Below are positions 41,353 to 55,525 of a DNA stretch of 64,000 bases, in pieces. The stretch is from NCBI GenBank assembly GCA_951406725.2, contig OX597823.1:103354001-103418000 (forward strand), given 5' to 3'. Numbering within the stretch: the first letter of the stretch is position 1; each line of letters starts with the position of its first letter. Source of the DNA: Octopus vulgaris (lineage: Eukaryota). Under the pieces are notes generated by a model. It had not been told where the DNA came from, did no database searches, and worked only from the letters and a program-made list of their open reading frames with translations. The translations under genes were made by a program, and so were the position numbers.

Positions 41353-41670
41353 CACACATACATACATACACATACATACATACACACACACATACATACA
41401 TACATACATACATATATAAATACATACATTTATTCATACATGCATATATACATTACATTACATCATTACATGCATACATTTATACACCGGTGCTTGTAGG
41501 GGAAACCATGTATACCGTCAAAGCACATGAAACGAAACATAACACCCAGCCATATGTATGCATGTATGAGTATGATTGTTAGTGAGTATGCATGTATATA
41601 TATATATATATATATATATACGCACCTAGATACACAAACACACATACATATTCACATGTATACATATAAG

Positions 41671-41719
<49 letters not shown>

Positions 41720-41945
41720 TATATATGATGTATATTTATGTAAATGTATACACATATTTGCACATTAATGCTGATATGCATATATGTGTATGCTTGCATT
41801 TGTGAATATATGGATATAGAAATAGACACATACAACATCAGTTCCATCCAACTTTAAAGATTACTCACACACACACAAAATATATATATATATATATATA
41901 TACACATACATATATATATATCTATATATATATATATATATATAT

Positions 41946-42017
<72 letters not shown>

Positions 42018-43524
42018 GTATATGTATATAGGTATGTATGTATAGTACAGACATCATTCGAGAGCAATTGCATGAGCCATCCTCTCTTCTCACATCTCTG
42101 TCCAATATAAGTATCATCGCTGTCTTGTTTACAATCTTTTGTCGGTCGTTTATTGAGCGAAGTTAGCTGTCTGCCTGTCTGTTAGTTTCTTTCTCTGTCT
42201 CTCTCTCTTCCCACCTCTCACTCTTTCTGTGTGTGTGTACGTGTGTACATGTGTGTGCCTGTGTATATCTCTGTGTGTGTGTATGTGTATGTATGTCTGT
42301 ATACGTACCCGTGTGTATGTCTGTGTGTCGACTTGCTTGGCTGTTTTTGATGTAATTATATGGATGTGTGTCCTATTCAGGTTGTAAACATGTGGTCACG
42401 TTTGCTAACATGTGTTGACATGTGGTAAACCGTCAGTAGTTATGTATTGTTGTTGTTTAGCCCTAGGACAGCCCTATGACGAACGATGTTCCAACCGTGA
42501 CCATCCAAGGATCATCTCATTTTATATGAACAGGAATTGGACTCAGAGTGAAGATGGGTGGCTGGGTGGTTGTTGGATAAATTGTTGTTGTTGTTGTTGC
42601 CCTCCCAACCCAGCTTTGGACAATCGTGATCAAGTTGTAGACCTATGATCAAATGTACTCAACTCATGATCATCACGTCTTTTCCTGTGTACCGGAAAAC
42701 CCCTGGACTACATTATACGATTTGGTCTTTTGTAGACAGGAGATTGTGAATAGCATGAGATTTGGTTGCTATTTCTAGGAAGTCAGAACGACCACATATT
42801 AATAATTCTTTCTAGTATAGGCACAAGGCCTGACATTTTGGGGGAAGGGTATTGGTTGTCTCCAACGACCCCAGTACTTGACTGGTACTTATTTTATCTA
42901 CAACGAAAGGATGAAAGGCAAAGACAACTTCGGCGGAATTTGAACTCAGAACGTATGAGAGTAAAGAGTTGGAAGAAATGTCACTAATTATGTAGATAGG
43001 CGCGCTAATGATAATGAGAATTGTATTGATTTCTTATATTGACACTCATTCATAGCGATGGTGGAGTTAATCGATTGAAGGACCCAATAACATGACTGGT
43101 GGTTTTGTTTGTTTGCAATCAGAGCTTCGATCCAGTTGTTTTCCCACTTTAGTTTATTATAACACCATACAATGAAAAACTTATTCAGAGGAATTATAGT
43201 AATTAATTATTGTTGTTATTGTTGATGATGATCATCATGATGCTGTATTCTTTGCCATGATAATCTGTATCCAAAATAAATATTTTTTCTTTTTCTATAA
43301 GAATCAAGAGCCAATAAGAAATGCCAGGTAGATCAACAATATGGCCGAGGGAAAATACCTCAGTGCCAGGTAGAGTCAGCCAGGATGCATGATGTCAACA
43401 CAGCATCAACAATATCACCACCAAATTCGACAACAACAGCTGCAACAATACCCACAACAGTAATACAAACACCTCTGCTATCATTAATATCTGCCAAACA
43501 AGGGAATCTCTTGTAGACACACAA

Positions 43525-43596
<72 letters not shown>

Positions 43597-43707
43597 ACAC
43601 ATACACAGACATACATACACACACACATATTTGCCCGGACTTGTGCCTGGTAGGGTAACTTACTAGGTGCAATCCCATGGTCTGTGTCGTGACCGAAGGG
43701 GGTCTCA

Positions 43708-43783
<76 letters not shown>

Positions 43784-44471
43784 ATATGTGTGTGTGTATA
43801 CATAACTACCCGTACATTATCCAAAGTAATTTGTTTAAAGAGAGTAGGATGTGATTAGAAGGACATTTTGGCTGCGATTTCTTGTCGGACGTGCAACCAC
43901 TTAAAGACTTTTCTACTTGTCTCCGAATGCCTAGTTGTTGTTTTACCCTAAGTCTGCTCTTATCGAGGTCTATGACCTTAGGCTCTCCAACCTTGAACAT
44001 CCTGACTTTCTTTGGCGTAATGTACATAGAAACACTGCAATGTTCTTCTTTTCCTAGAGTCCAAAGTGCAATTTTAAAGCCATTTGACTTCTATTTCTAG
44101 CGGGCATAATGACCTCATAGAGACTCCTTTGTTGGCTCTTGTTACTGTTGTATGTGCTGGTGTTGTTTGTGGCGTTAATATTGCTGAAGAGAGTGAGAAT
44201 GGTGTTTGTGGTACTGATGCTGATGGCGATGATCATGTGTAGCTCCAGGCCAGCTCTGATTCAACAGAGATATATTCTAAGAAGTTCCAGCTGTGACCAT
44301 CCCGTCTATTTTGTTTACAACTGACTATATAGTTAAACGTATCTCTATTTAAAAATGACGGAGTAAGATCATAAGAGTGTTTTAGGGGTGATTTTTAGCT
44401 AGTGGTGGTTGAAGTGGTGGTGGTGGTGTGGCATGTGATGGGGTTGGCGGCCTGAGGTAATTGTGGTAATG

Positions 44472-44514
<43 letters not shown>

Positions 44515-45511
44515 GTGTTGGCGGCCTGAAGTAATTGTGGTGGTGGTAGTGGTTGTGTTGGCGTCAGTTGGTCTTGGTGGTGGCATTGGTGCCGGTCGGA
44601 GGTAATGGTGGCGGTGATGATGGCGATTGGATGGGTCTTTTCTTTAAAATCTTGATGGTGGTGGGAGATTTGTTTGGAGGTCCTAAGTTATGGCTTGGAG
44701 CTGGGGAACGGAACACGTAACAGGTGCCATTGGAAAACAGGGGGAAAGCCACGCATGCATGCAGAAAGCAAGATAGATAGATAGATAGAAAGAAGAAAGA
44801 AAGCAAGATAGATAGATAGAGAGATTGAAAGAAAGAGAGACAGAGAGAAAGATAGATAGATAGATGCGAAGGTAAGTTTATTCAAAGTATGTATGTATGT
44901 CTGTGTGTGTGTGTATGTATGTATGCATGCATGTATATGTGTGTATGTGTGTGTATGTGTGCGCATGTATGTGTGTAGGTGTGTGCGTGTGAGTGCAAGT
45001 GTGAGTAGGTGTAATGAGTTAGATGTTGTAATTACTGTCATCTCTATAGTCTAAGACATCTGTAGAACATATGTCTCAAGACAACGAGTCAGTCATTAGC
45101 ATAACGTCCTGGGCGTTCCTTCTGTAACCGGACACTGGGCCCACACCAAACCCTGGCTAAGGCTTTGTCTCGCTCGGCTTCCAGGAAACGACGAGAAATG
45201 GGGATGGTGGTGGTGATAGTAATGAGGATGACGACGATGATAGCAATGATGGTGATGATTACGGTGGTGGAGGTGATAGTGAGAGAGATGATGATGACGA
45301 TTACGATGAAGATGATGATGTCGGTGGTAATGGCGATGATGATGTTTGTGGTGGTGATGATGATGTTTATGATGATGACGGTGGTGGTAGTCGTGGTGGT
45401 GGTGGTGGTACTGGTGGTAATGATGGTTGTGATGAATATTATTAATTTTGACTTTCATACGTTGACTTGGTTATTAATTGCTAATAATTTGCAAGTGAAA
45501 TACAGAATTTA

Positions 45512-45629
<118 letters not shown>

Positions 45630-45778
45630 GTCATGATACACATACACTCTTTCTCTCACACCCACACCCACTCTCTCTCACACACATACATATACATAAT
45701 ACAGACATACATGCAAGCATTTATGCACATATATAGAGATACACTCATACATATATATATGTATGTATATATATATAA

Positions 45779-45819
<41 letters not shown>

Positions 45820-45821
<2 letters not shown>

Positions 45822-46697
45822 AGAAATTGAAAAAGGAAAATACGCACACTTACATAGTTTTAATATGATTTTTAATATATCGACCGGTTTCGCTATCGCT
45901 ATTCATGATATTATGTTTTACTTATTTGAATAAATATTTTTTTCTTAAGAAGAAATTTGGTCCATGTTGTGTGTGATGAAATTCACGAGTGAATGACTTC
46001 ACAAGTAGATAAATAAAGGGAGGTAATTGGTTGTCGTTATTATTGTTATTGTTGTGGGTAAGGGAGATAACTGTTCAGCTTTCGGTAATGGGTGGGGATT
46101 ATATATGTGTATACAGAGACAAGTTTCAAAAATCTTGTTTAGTAGGGGATTTATGTACAGTGATGTAATCGTGAATTGAATATATATAAAAAGATAAAAG
46201 TTGGTTATGCGTGCATATTAAGACGTGTTTTGTATTTTTCAATGAAAAAAGTTTCTTTATTCAAACGTTCTAGTTGAGAGATTGTGTCTTTGCACTGGTA
46301 GAAAGGGAAGACTATGAAATTTGGTTATTGTTACCTGCACATTTTTCTATATGTTCACTGAGAGGAATTTGTCTGTATTGCGGGAAACGGATTTTCTCCT
46401 TATGTAGAATGGTTCACTTTCTCAAGAAGTATGTCCAATATAGTGGTGTCCGCAACTCGAGCTGGTTATTACATAAATTAGGTTCTCAGAGGCACAGGGG
46501 AAACTAGTTTTAATTGTGAACCTCTGTCCTTGTTTGAAAACACACAAACTCATCAAATGCTAAAAACAAGACAAATCGCTAAAGAGACTACTAACAAATG
46601 CAAAGCTTTAAAAAACAACCACGAAACCAACGGTTGAAAAATGTGGACGCCCAAACTGTGGGACCTGCCCCAACCTGCTTGAAGGCTCGGATTTCTG
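45820..46697 (-). mobile_element. Penelope-like retroelement, 5'-truncated and 5'-inverted, with GIY-YIG endonuclease and 3' HHR
   Basis: Minus 46540-46205 encodes FKQGQRFTIKTSFPCASENLIYVITSSSCGHHYIGHT..IPLSEHIEKC..RLNKETFFIEKYKTRLN. Plus 46541-46697 encodes the upstream linker KSLKRLLTNAKL..KCGRPNCGTCPNLLEGSDF. The 3' end abuts a CA/TA microsatellite. Confidence 0.88.
45877..45911 (-). ncRNA. Minimal hammerhead with A3-U8 core variant
   Basis: Minus strand ATATC-ATGAATA-GC GATA GC-GAAA-CCGG-TC-GATAT. Perfect 5-bp stem I, palindromic stem III ACCGGT, GUC triplet. Confidence 0.65.
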
Positions 46698-46975
46698 TGG
46701 ACAGAAAAATTGGTATTCTTTCGCTGCTGAAGGCCTAACAAGTCTAGACTCTTGCCAGATCGATCCCCTTTCCTGCCCACACACGCACACACACACCACA
46801 AAACTTTGGTCGGCCTCAGGATTTAGTAGAAGACACTTGCCCAAGGTGCCTCGCAGGGATATCGCAAGTATCTCGCAGGTGCCTCGCAGTAGGACTGAAC
46901 CAGAAAGCAGCACGTGATTGGGAAGCAAACTTCTTATGACACAGCCACTGTTGCATATATATAGATATATATATC

Positions 46976-47274
46976 ACCGTGATCACCGTGAACGACCAGG
47001 CTATCAAATGTTGCTACACATCGCTGGTCACAATGCGCTCCGCATTGCTTTAACCTTCAAATGACGCCACCCCGCTGGCTAAGCGAGCAGGCCAACAGAA
47101 GAAAGAGTGAGAGAAAGTTGGGGCGAAAGAGTACAGCAGGGATCACCCACCCCCTGCCGGAGCCTCGTGGAACTTTAGGTGTTTTCGCTCAACACAACGC
47201 CCGGTCTGGGATTCGAAATTGCGATCCTACAACCAAGAGTCCGCTGCCCTAACCACTGGGCCATTGCGCCTCCA
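46976..47274 (-). mobile_element. tRNA-derived SINE (family C-related)
   Basis: Minus strand GTGGAGGCGCAATGGCCCAGTGGTTAGGGCAGCGGAC..TTCGAATCCC. Shares the block AAGAGTGAGAGAAA.TTG.GGCGAAAGAGT with 24930-24960. Confidence 0.8.
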
Positions 47275-47329
47275 CAGATATAGATATATACACTCATATA
47301 TGCGAGCATGTGTGTGAGTATATGTGTGT

Positions 47330-47370
<41 letters not shown>

Positions 47371-47850
47371 CGTGCCTGTGTGAGTGTATGCGGAGTTTGT
47401 GGGTGTGTTCCACTATATACATATACAATTTCAAACTTCCGATAAGGTATTATCCTTTTTTAACGTACGTGTATATGTGTGTGTGTCTGCGTGCATGTGT
47501 ATATGTGTCTGAGCGTGCGCGTGTCCGCTCCGCATGTCTTTGTATATATGAGTGTTTGTAGTGTGTGTGTGTGTGTGTGTGTATGTGTGTGTTAGTGTGT
47601 ATAAAAGTCAATATATGGTTATAACTATATAGATGTGTTTGTGTGTCTGTGTGAGTGTGTATACACCCGCCCCCAAACGGTGTGTTTAAACGTAGAGCGC
47701 GACTGAAAGTGTTTATCTAGGAACCTATATTGTTGTAGTGTTTAACGTGTTTATATAGGAGGTGAAGTAACGTGTTTAAACAGTCAACGGAAAATTACAT
47801 GTTTATATAGAACGCACACTGAAGCGTTTTCTGAAAGCAGACTGCACTGT

Positions 47851-47909
<59 letters not shown>

Positions 47910-47926
47910 GTCTTTCTTTCTTTCCT

Positions 47927-47965
<39 letters not shown>

Positions 47966-48138
47966 ATGTATGTGTGTGTATGCTCTTGTTGGAGTGAGAG
48001 CAATAGAAGGTGTAGAGACGGTGGCGAAGACAGAGAGAGAGAAAGAGAAAGAAAAAGAGAGGAGAGAAAGATATGCAAAGAAATTTAAGGATGATGTTTT
48101 ATTAATAGTAGTAATGTTGATGATGGCAGTGGGAGTAG

Positions 48139-48224
<86 letters not shown>

Positions 48225-48439
48225 AAGAATGGGTATGTGAGAGAAAGACGGACTGAACACTGAAACAACATGCTAAACTTACATATTGAAAACTGATGAT
48301 AATGGGGTGGTAGTAATAGTATGGGCTGTAGAGGCTGAGGCAGCGGTGATGATGGTGGTGGTGGTGGTGGTGTAGCCGAGGCGGTCAAGGATGACGGTAA
48401 GAGTAAGCGATGTGAAAGACAGAGGTGAGGGTGGTAGAA

Positions 48440-48820
48440 AAGACAATTTCTGCAACCACATCACCCCTAAAATCTGGCTACCTAACTCCACAGACTGCGA
48501 CCCCGCTGATTATAATGTGTTAGGCGTAGTTGAGCGAGAGCCCAACAAAACTCCTTGTTAAACCATAGATGAACTGAAGGCAAGGATTATAGCAGCATTC
48601 ACCAATTTAAACAATGAGACCGCCCAGAAGAGTTGCAAGAGATTCCGAAGTCGTCTGGAGGCCGTGGTTGAAGCCAATGGCGATTTTATTGAATAAATTT
48701 ACTCATTTGTATTTAAAGTTATTTCTATGTAATTTTGTTAGATATATCCTGTTAAAATGAGACGTCAGTGTTATTTTCATTTTTGCGTAATTTAGACGAC
48801 AATATACTCACCGCACCCTG
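48440..48820 (+). mobile_element. maT/DD37D-like Tc1-mariner 3' remnant with right TIR
   Basis: Peptide WLPNSTDCDPADYNVLGVVE..DELKARI..SCKRFRSRLEAVVEANGDFIE* (compare WPPNSPDxNPLDY). Ends ..GCACCCTG followed by TA. Confidence 0.8.
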
Positions 48821-48901
48821 TATACACACACACATATTGTCCTGTTCCGTGATGTTAAGTTTAACAAATATATATTATTCACACACACACATACACACAC
48901 G

Positions 48902-48972
<71 letters not shown>

Positions 48973-49369
48973 CTTTTAGAATCCATAGCTTAATGAGTCA
49001 GCTACACTATGCCTTATGTAGTTTTCTCTTCAGTGAAACCCCTGAATAAATGCCGAAGAACAGTTAAATTACTTCATTAAAATAAAGCAACTATTATGTG
49101 AACAAAGAAAGATTAAGAAATATGTGGAGTCGGATAACTAAATGTACATATAAAAATAAAATAAAAATAAATGTATGATAATAAAAAGGTATATTGTGTG
49201 TATGGAATAGATAGCAAAAATGTATGCTGACGGTGTAAGAAAACCATAAAAATTACATGGAGCACGCAAGGAGATAATAATGAGCTAAAAAAAAAGTTTT
49301 TAAAAATAAAGATGAGGAAGACAGTAAGCATTAAAAAAGATGGCTGCTGGATAAAACAGTTTTCAACAA

Positions 49370-50180
49370 TTTGTAAATGCTTATAGGTGTAGAGATGATA
49401 ATGTATAGTGAAGACTTTGGAGCGTTTATTCAAGTTGACAAAATGTCTCATCATCAGAATTTTGGGTGAAGATAAATAAACAGCTTCTTAGATTCAAATA
49501 ATTCCATTTTGACTAAATAACTTTTTTAAAAAACTACTTCGTACAAAGATACAAATTCTAGCAGTAGCCATCTGTGGGTTAGTTTCTCTGGGAACTAAGT
49601 ATACTTTGATAAATTTGTTGTGAATTTGCGGGTTACTAAAAGGGTGTCTGTGCTAATGAAGGCGGGCCTTAAAAGCTTCTTTGGTTAATTCCAGAAATGG
49701 TTTCTGCTCGGAATTGTTGTCCAGGTGTACTTTAGCTTTGAGCACTAATTACTTCAAACTTTTATCATCAAAAGTGCAATTATCATTACGACTGATATAG
49801 TTACATGTAAATCGCAGAAAACGAATAAATTGCATTAGAAAGCCATTAGGCATTGCAATTTCTAATGGAACTTTCAAAGTTTTTATATGCAGAGTAGGTA
49901 GTCTTAATCAGATTTCTATTAATGATCTGGTGGCATTTATGGTTCACTGGAAAGCGAAAGAAGATTAAATTAAAGAACAATTTAGCGATGTTTATTATCA
50001 CATTTACATTGTAAGCAGTACTGTGTCACATGGTATTCCGTTTCTTATTTATGCGCTTTGGAAAATTAGATACAGATTGATAGCTTATAGTCTCTGAGAA
50101 TTCACTGTTCCGGGAAGTTGCATTGTAATAATGATAAACAGTGCTAGACGTGGTTTCATCTGGAATTAATGACACGCTTC
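49370..50180 (-). mobile_element. Highly decayed Naiad-like Penelope element (linker plus endonuclease region)
   Basis: Minus-strand peptides KKRNTM*HSTAYNVNVIINIAKLFFNLI, FPVNHKCHQIINRNLIKTTYS, FKARLH*HRHPFSN and LNKRSK resemble the Naiad motifs RNIIWFNPP.S.NV.TNI / FP..H.LHKIFNRN..K.SYS / FK.R..NH..SF / LNKRSE. Confidence 0.65.
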
Positions 50181-50724
50181 TAATGCTAGGAATTGGATTA
50201 CGCAAAATGCGTGATGGACTCTTGGAACACTTACCTGTATAGAATGACAACTCTCTCTTACCTATATAGAACACTTACCTATATAGAATGACAACTCTAT
50301 ATATACACCTCTCTCTCTCTCTTTCTATATATATAAGCATATATACGTGTGTGTGTATATAAGCATATATACGTGTGTGTGTATATACGTGTATTATATG
50401 AATGTATACATACACATATATGTACATTCATATGAAAAGAGCCAGTCGTTATCAATGAACGAGTAAGTCTTAGTATCATGTACCATGCATTCACTAATAA
50501 TTTTAGGCGCCTATGAAGTCACAAGGAGATATAGACACCTCGACTCTGTCACCCTTCGTCCCATTTGACAGGATCCTCGTGAAATGATGTACACGGTCAA
50601 AGAATTGAACTCATGACATTTATGATCGTTAGTCGAACATCCTAACCACCAAGCCATACGCATTCACTGTACATGTGCGTGTGCGTGTGTACATACTTAT
50701 ATATTTAAACATATATATATAATC

Positions 50725-51127
50725 GTGACTGTGTGGTAAGAAGCTTGTTTCCTAACCCCATGGTTCTGGGTTCATTCCCACTGTGCGGCAACTTGGGTAA
50801 GTGTCTTCTACTATAGCCTCGGGTTGACCAAAGCCTTGTGAGTGAATTTGGTAGACGGAAACTGAAAGAAGCCTGTCGTACATACACACACACATATATG
50901 TATGGATATGTGTGTATGTGTGTCTTTGTGTTTGTGTTTGTCTCCCACCACTGCTTTACAGTCGGTCTTGATGTGTTTACTCCTCGGTTCGGCAAAAGAC
51001 ACCGATAAAAAAATTTCCAGGTTTAGGAAAAAAAATTAAGTACTGGAATCGATTCATTCGGCTAAAGATTCTTCGATGCGGTGCTCCAGCGTGGCCCCAG
51101 TCCAGTGACTGAAACATGTAAAAGAAA

Positions 51128-51128
<1 letters not shown>
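50725..51128 (+). mobile_element. SINE family B
   Basis: Homologous to the adjacent copy at 51171-51545. Confidence 0.85.
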
Positions 51129-51163
<35 letters not shown>

Positions 51164-51170
51164 AAATGAT

Positions 51171-51545
51171 AGGAGTGGCTGTGTGGTAAGTAGCTTGCTT
51201 ACGAACCGCATGGTTCCGGGTTCAGTCCTACTGCGTGGCACCTTGGGCAAGTGTCTTCTACTATAGCCTCGGGCCTTGTGAGTGGACTTGGTTGACGGAA
51301 ACTGAAAGAAGCCCGTCGTATATATGTATATATGTATGTGTGTATGTGTCTGTGTTTGTCCACCCCCAACATCGCTTGACAATCGATGCTGGTGTGTTTG
51401 CGTCCCCGTAACTTAGCGGTTCGGCAAAAGAGCCCGATATAATAAGTACTAGGCTTACAAAGAATAAGTCCTGGGGTTGATTTGCTCGACCAAAGGCGGT
51501 GCTCCAGCATTGCCACAGTCAAATGGCTGAAACAAGTAAAAAAGA
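51171..51545 (+). mobile_element. SINE family B, full length (reference copy)
   Basis: AGGAGTGGCTGTGTGGTAAG (A box)..GGGTTCAGTCC (B box)..CCTTGGGCAAGTG..internal microsatellite..GAAACAAGTAAAA tail. Further decayed copies near 1530, 20380, 22950, 23720, 27720, 34745, 37740, 38580, 46800, 52185 and 53265. Confidence 0.9.
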
Positions 51546-51655
51546 AATAGATTTTCTGATAATTTTCCCACTTTAATAGTTAGGTATTTTATAGATCATT
51601 AGGTTTATGTGCGTGTGTGTATATATACTCTCACGCACATTTCTATATATATAAA

Positions 51656-51724
<69 letters not shown>

Positions 51725-52711
51725 ACACATTCACGCTCATATATATAATTCAAGTTTTCGTTGATAAACGATCTTGACCTAAATTGATTTTGTAGAAAGA
51801 TAAATGGAATTGTCTGTCAATCTTTTCCTCCAGTCACAACATAAACCCGAGTTGATGGTGTTGCTGTTGTTGTTGTTGTTGGTGGTGGTGGTGGAGGAGA
51901 GGTGTGTATGTATATATATATTTGCGTGTATATTTAAATGTCGGTGTGTCCGTGCATCAGTTATCTGTATGGTTTCTGTGTGCGGGTTAATGTGTATATT
52001 TGCGTGTGTATGTGTGTGAGTGTATGTGTGTGTCAATGTATTTATATTGCATTTGTATTTGATTACCATATATGTGTGTATGTATGTGCATATGATTATA
52101 TATGAATTGTGCATATGTGTATTCGTGTGTGTGTGTGTGTCTTTGTGCGCGCGCACGGTTTGTATCTCTGTTTATGTACATCTTTTCTTTTACCCTTTAC
52201 TTGTTTCAGCCATTAGGCTCTGGCTATGATGGGGCACCGATTTGAAGAACTCTTCGATCCTAGTACTTGTTTTGCCGAACTGCTAAGTTACGGGTACATA
52301 TACACACCAACACCGATTACCAAGCGAAGGCGGGGTCCAACACAGACAGAAATACACACACATACACACACACGCACGCGCACACACATACACACACACA
52401 CATACACACACACAAACACACACACGACAAGACCAAAGAAAGCTGAAATCACGCGATCTGGAAGTTCCGCCAGTAGTAGCGGACGATATAAAGACGAGTG
52501 CTTATATGCACCACAAGTCTATATGAAAGGTTTTCTCATAATAAATAACGCAGTATTCCGTGTTTTAACGCAACATCCAGTTTTAAGTGAGGATAAATAT
52601 CACCTTTCCGTACACTGCCTTTGACGCTATTAATTATTTTTAAACATACAAACATACGTACATACAAACATGCATACTATATAATATTCATATACATATA
52701 TATGTATATAA

Positions 52712-52766
<55 letters not shown>

Positions 52767-52902
52767 TTTATGTATTTGTTTTGTAAGATTTCTGATGTGA
52801 AATCGTGGTGATGAAACAGATATCATATTTCAAGATGGCCATTATATATATTCGTTCTTCACTTGGTTATTGTTATAATGAATGAGATACGTGGGATGGA
52901 GG

Positions 52903-52944
52903 GTCGCTGAAGAGGTCACAAGAGTATGACGAAAGATTTCCGAC
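52903..52944 (+). ncRNA. Minimal type I hammerhead ribozyme
   Basis: GTCG-CTGAAGA-g GTCA caagagta TGAC-GAAA-GATT-TC-CGAC. Canonical core, perfect stem I. Host element about 52765-53010, following (TA)n. Confidence 0.75.
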
Positions 52945-53419
52945 AATGGACATAAAATAAGAACGATAATAAACGAACAAAGAACAAATGTATAGTGCGT
53001 GTGTATATTCGGCAAGAAAATAAATCGACGTTCCCAAAATATAGATATATCAGTTAAAATGATATATATAAATATATATATATATGTGCAATACATATAT
53101 ATAAGTCATAATGATACACACACACATTTATATATCAGTCGTCTCTTATTTCTAGCAATACTGGTGCTGACAAGTGCCCTTAGTCACTTTAGTGACATAT
53201 ATATTTCTGCCTATCGGTTGTAAATTGCGAATAAGTCACCTTTACTATAAATATATATATATATGCACGGCGAGCTTCTTTCAGTTTTCATCTACCAAAA
53301 TCAAATCACAATGGGACTGATCTCGAAACCATGTAGTTGGGAAGTAAACTTTTTACCACACAGCCACGTTTTAGTTAGGTGAGAGAGAGAGAGAGAGGGG
53401 GGAGAGAGAGAGAGAGGGG

Positions 53420-53459
<40 letters not shown>

Positions 53460-53589
53460 CAGAGAGATAGAGAGGGAGAGAGGGAGAGAGAGAGACAATG
53501 AGAGAGAAATGTGCGTCTGATAACTTTCAAGCACCTGCTCAAACCATAACCCATTAAGCGTGCGCGTACACACACACGCACACACACAC

Positions 53590-53630
<41 letters not shown>

Positions 53631-53668
53631 ACACACACACACATTCAGTTAGACACATTGATGTGTGA

Positions 53669-53713
<45 letters not shown>

Positions 53714-53795
53714 CATACATATATACACATATATACATCCATCTATACCGACATGTATATATATATTTATATATATGTATACATACATATATATG

Positions 53796-53859
<64 letters not shown>

Positions 53860-53870
53860 CACACACATAC

Positions 53871-53913
<43 letters not shown>

Positions 53914-54167
53914 AACATAACATACATACGCCATACATACGCACGCATATATGTTTATTCGTGTATTTGGATACATAGGTATATATGTTTATATATATAC
54001 AATCTATGATATATATTTTATATCCATACGTATGCATGCGTTTATTCACACTAACACACACTTCTTTGTGTCTGTGTGTGTGGAGTTTGTGCGCGTGTAC
54101 GTATGTGTTCGTGAGTATGTGTGTGTATGTGCATGGGTACAATATGTGTATCTATGCATGAATATCA

Positions 54168-54253
<86 letters not shown>

Positions 54254-54544
54254 GAGAGAGAGAGAGAGAGAGAGTGTGTGTGTGCGTGCGTGTTTATCTG
54301 TTATCTTTCTATGCGTTCAAGGCCAGCATGTGTTTTGTGTATATTGCTGGTTTGCATGCTATTTTCACAATTGCGTTCGAACCCCACGGAAGCTATCGTT
54401 GCATGTCGATCTTACGGATTGTCCAATGAGGGCTACTGACTGGACATGATCCAATCGAGCGTTCTATCAAATAGAAATTACTGGCCGTGGTGTGAATACA
54501 TTTAAAAATCATCATCATCGTCGTCGTCGTCGTCGTCGTCGTCG

Positions 54545-54580
<36 letters not shown>

Positions 54581-54581
54581 G

Positions 54582-54616
<35 letters not shown>

Positions 54617-55094
54617 CCTGGCAGGCCCCCTCCCCTCCAGGATCCTCACCACCATTATCAACAGCAGCAACAACATCATCATCATCACCACCACCACCAG
54701 CATCACCACCACCACCACCACCACCACCACCACCACCACCACCATCCTCCTCCTCCTCCTCCTCTTCCTCCTCCCTCTCTTCCTCCTCCTCTTCCTCCTC
54801 CTCCTCATCATCAATCACGATCAGCCCCACCCCCAAACAACAAAAAAAAAGCAGAAGCTACAAGAACGACAGCGTTTACACCGCCATCACTATAATTACC
54901 ATCAATCTTGATCATCATTATACACCATCAATCACGACCACCAGCGTCATCCTCATTGCCGTTGCCATCGTCACCAACAATCCTTCTTCTATTCTCCTCT
55001 TCCTTTATTTCCTCCTCTTCTTCAAACTCAGTATCGTCATTTTTTGAGAGCATGATGGGTCGTTATATTTATATACATGCATATATATGCAGTT

Positions 55095-55133
<39 letters not shown>

Positions 55134-55148
55134 ATATATACATATACA

Positions 55149-55188
<40 letters not shown>

Positions 55189-55267
55189 GTATATATACAC
55201 ACACACATATATATATATATATATACATATATATATGTATATATATATGTATATATATGTACATATG

Positions 55268-55307
<40 letters not shown>

Positions 55308-55485
55308 CATACATATAGATATATACATACAAACATATATATGTATGTATATATATATATATATATACACATGCATGTAATATACATACATATATAGATA
55401 TATGTATGTATATACATCTCTCTCTCTTTTCCTCTCACTCTGTATATATATAATATATGTGTGTACGCGTCTGGTTGTACGTATA

Positions 55486-55525
<40 letters not shown>

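Noticed and set aside
50227-50297. Triple ACTTACCT(G/A)TATAGAA repeat containing minus-strand GGTAAG donor-like motifs
   Set aside because: Short local slippage duplication at an element boundary, with no associated exon.
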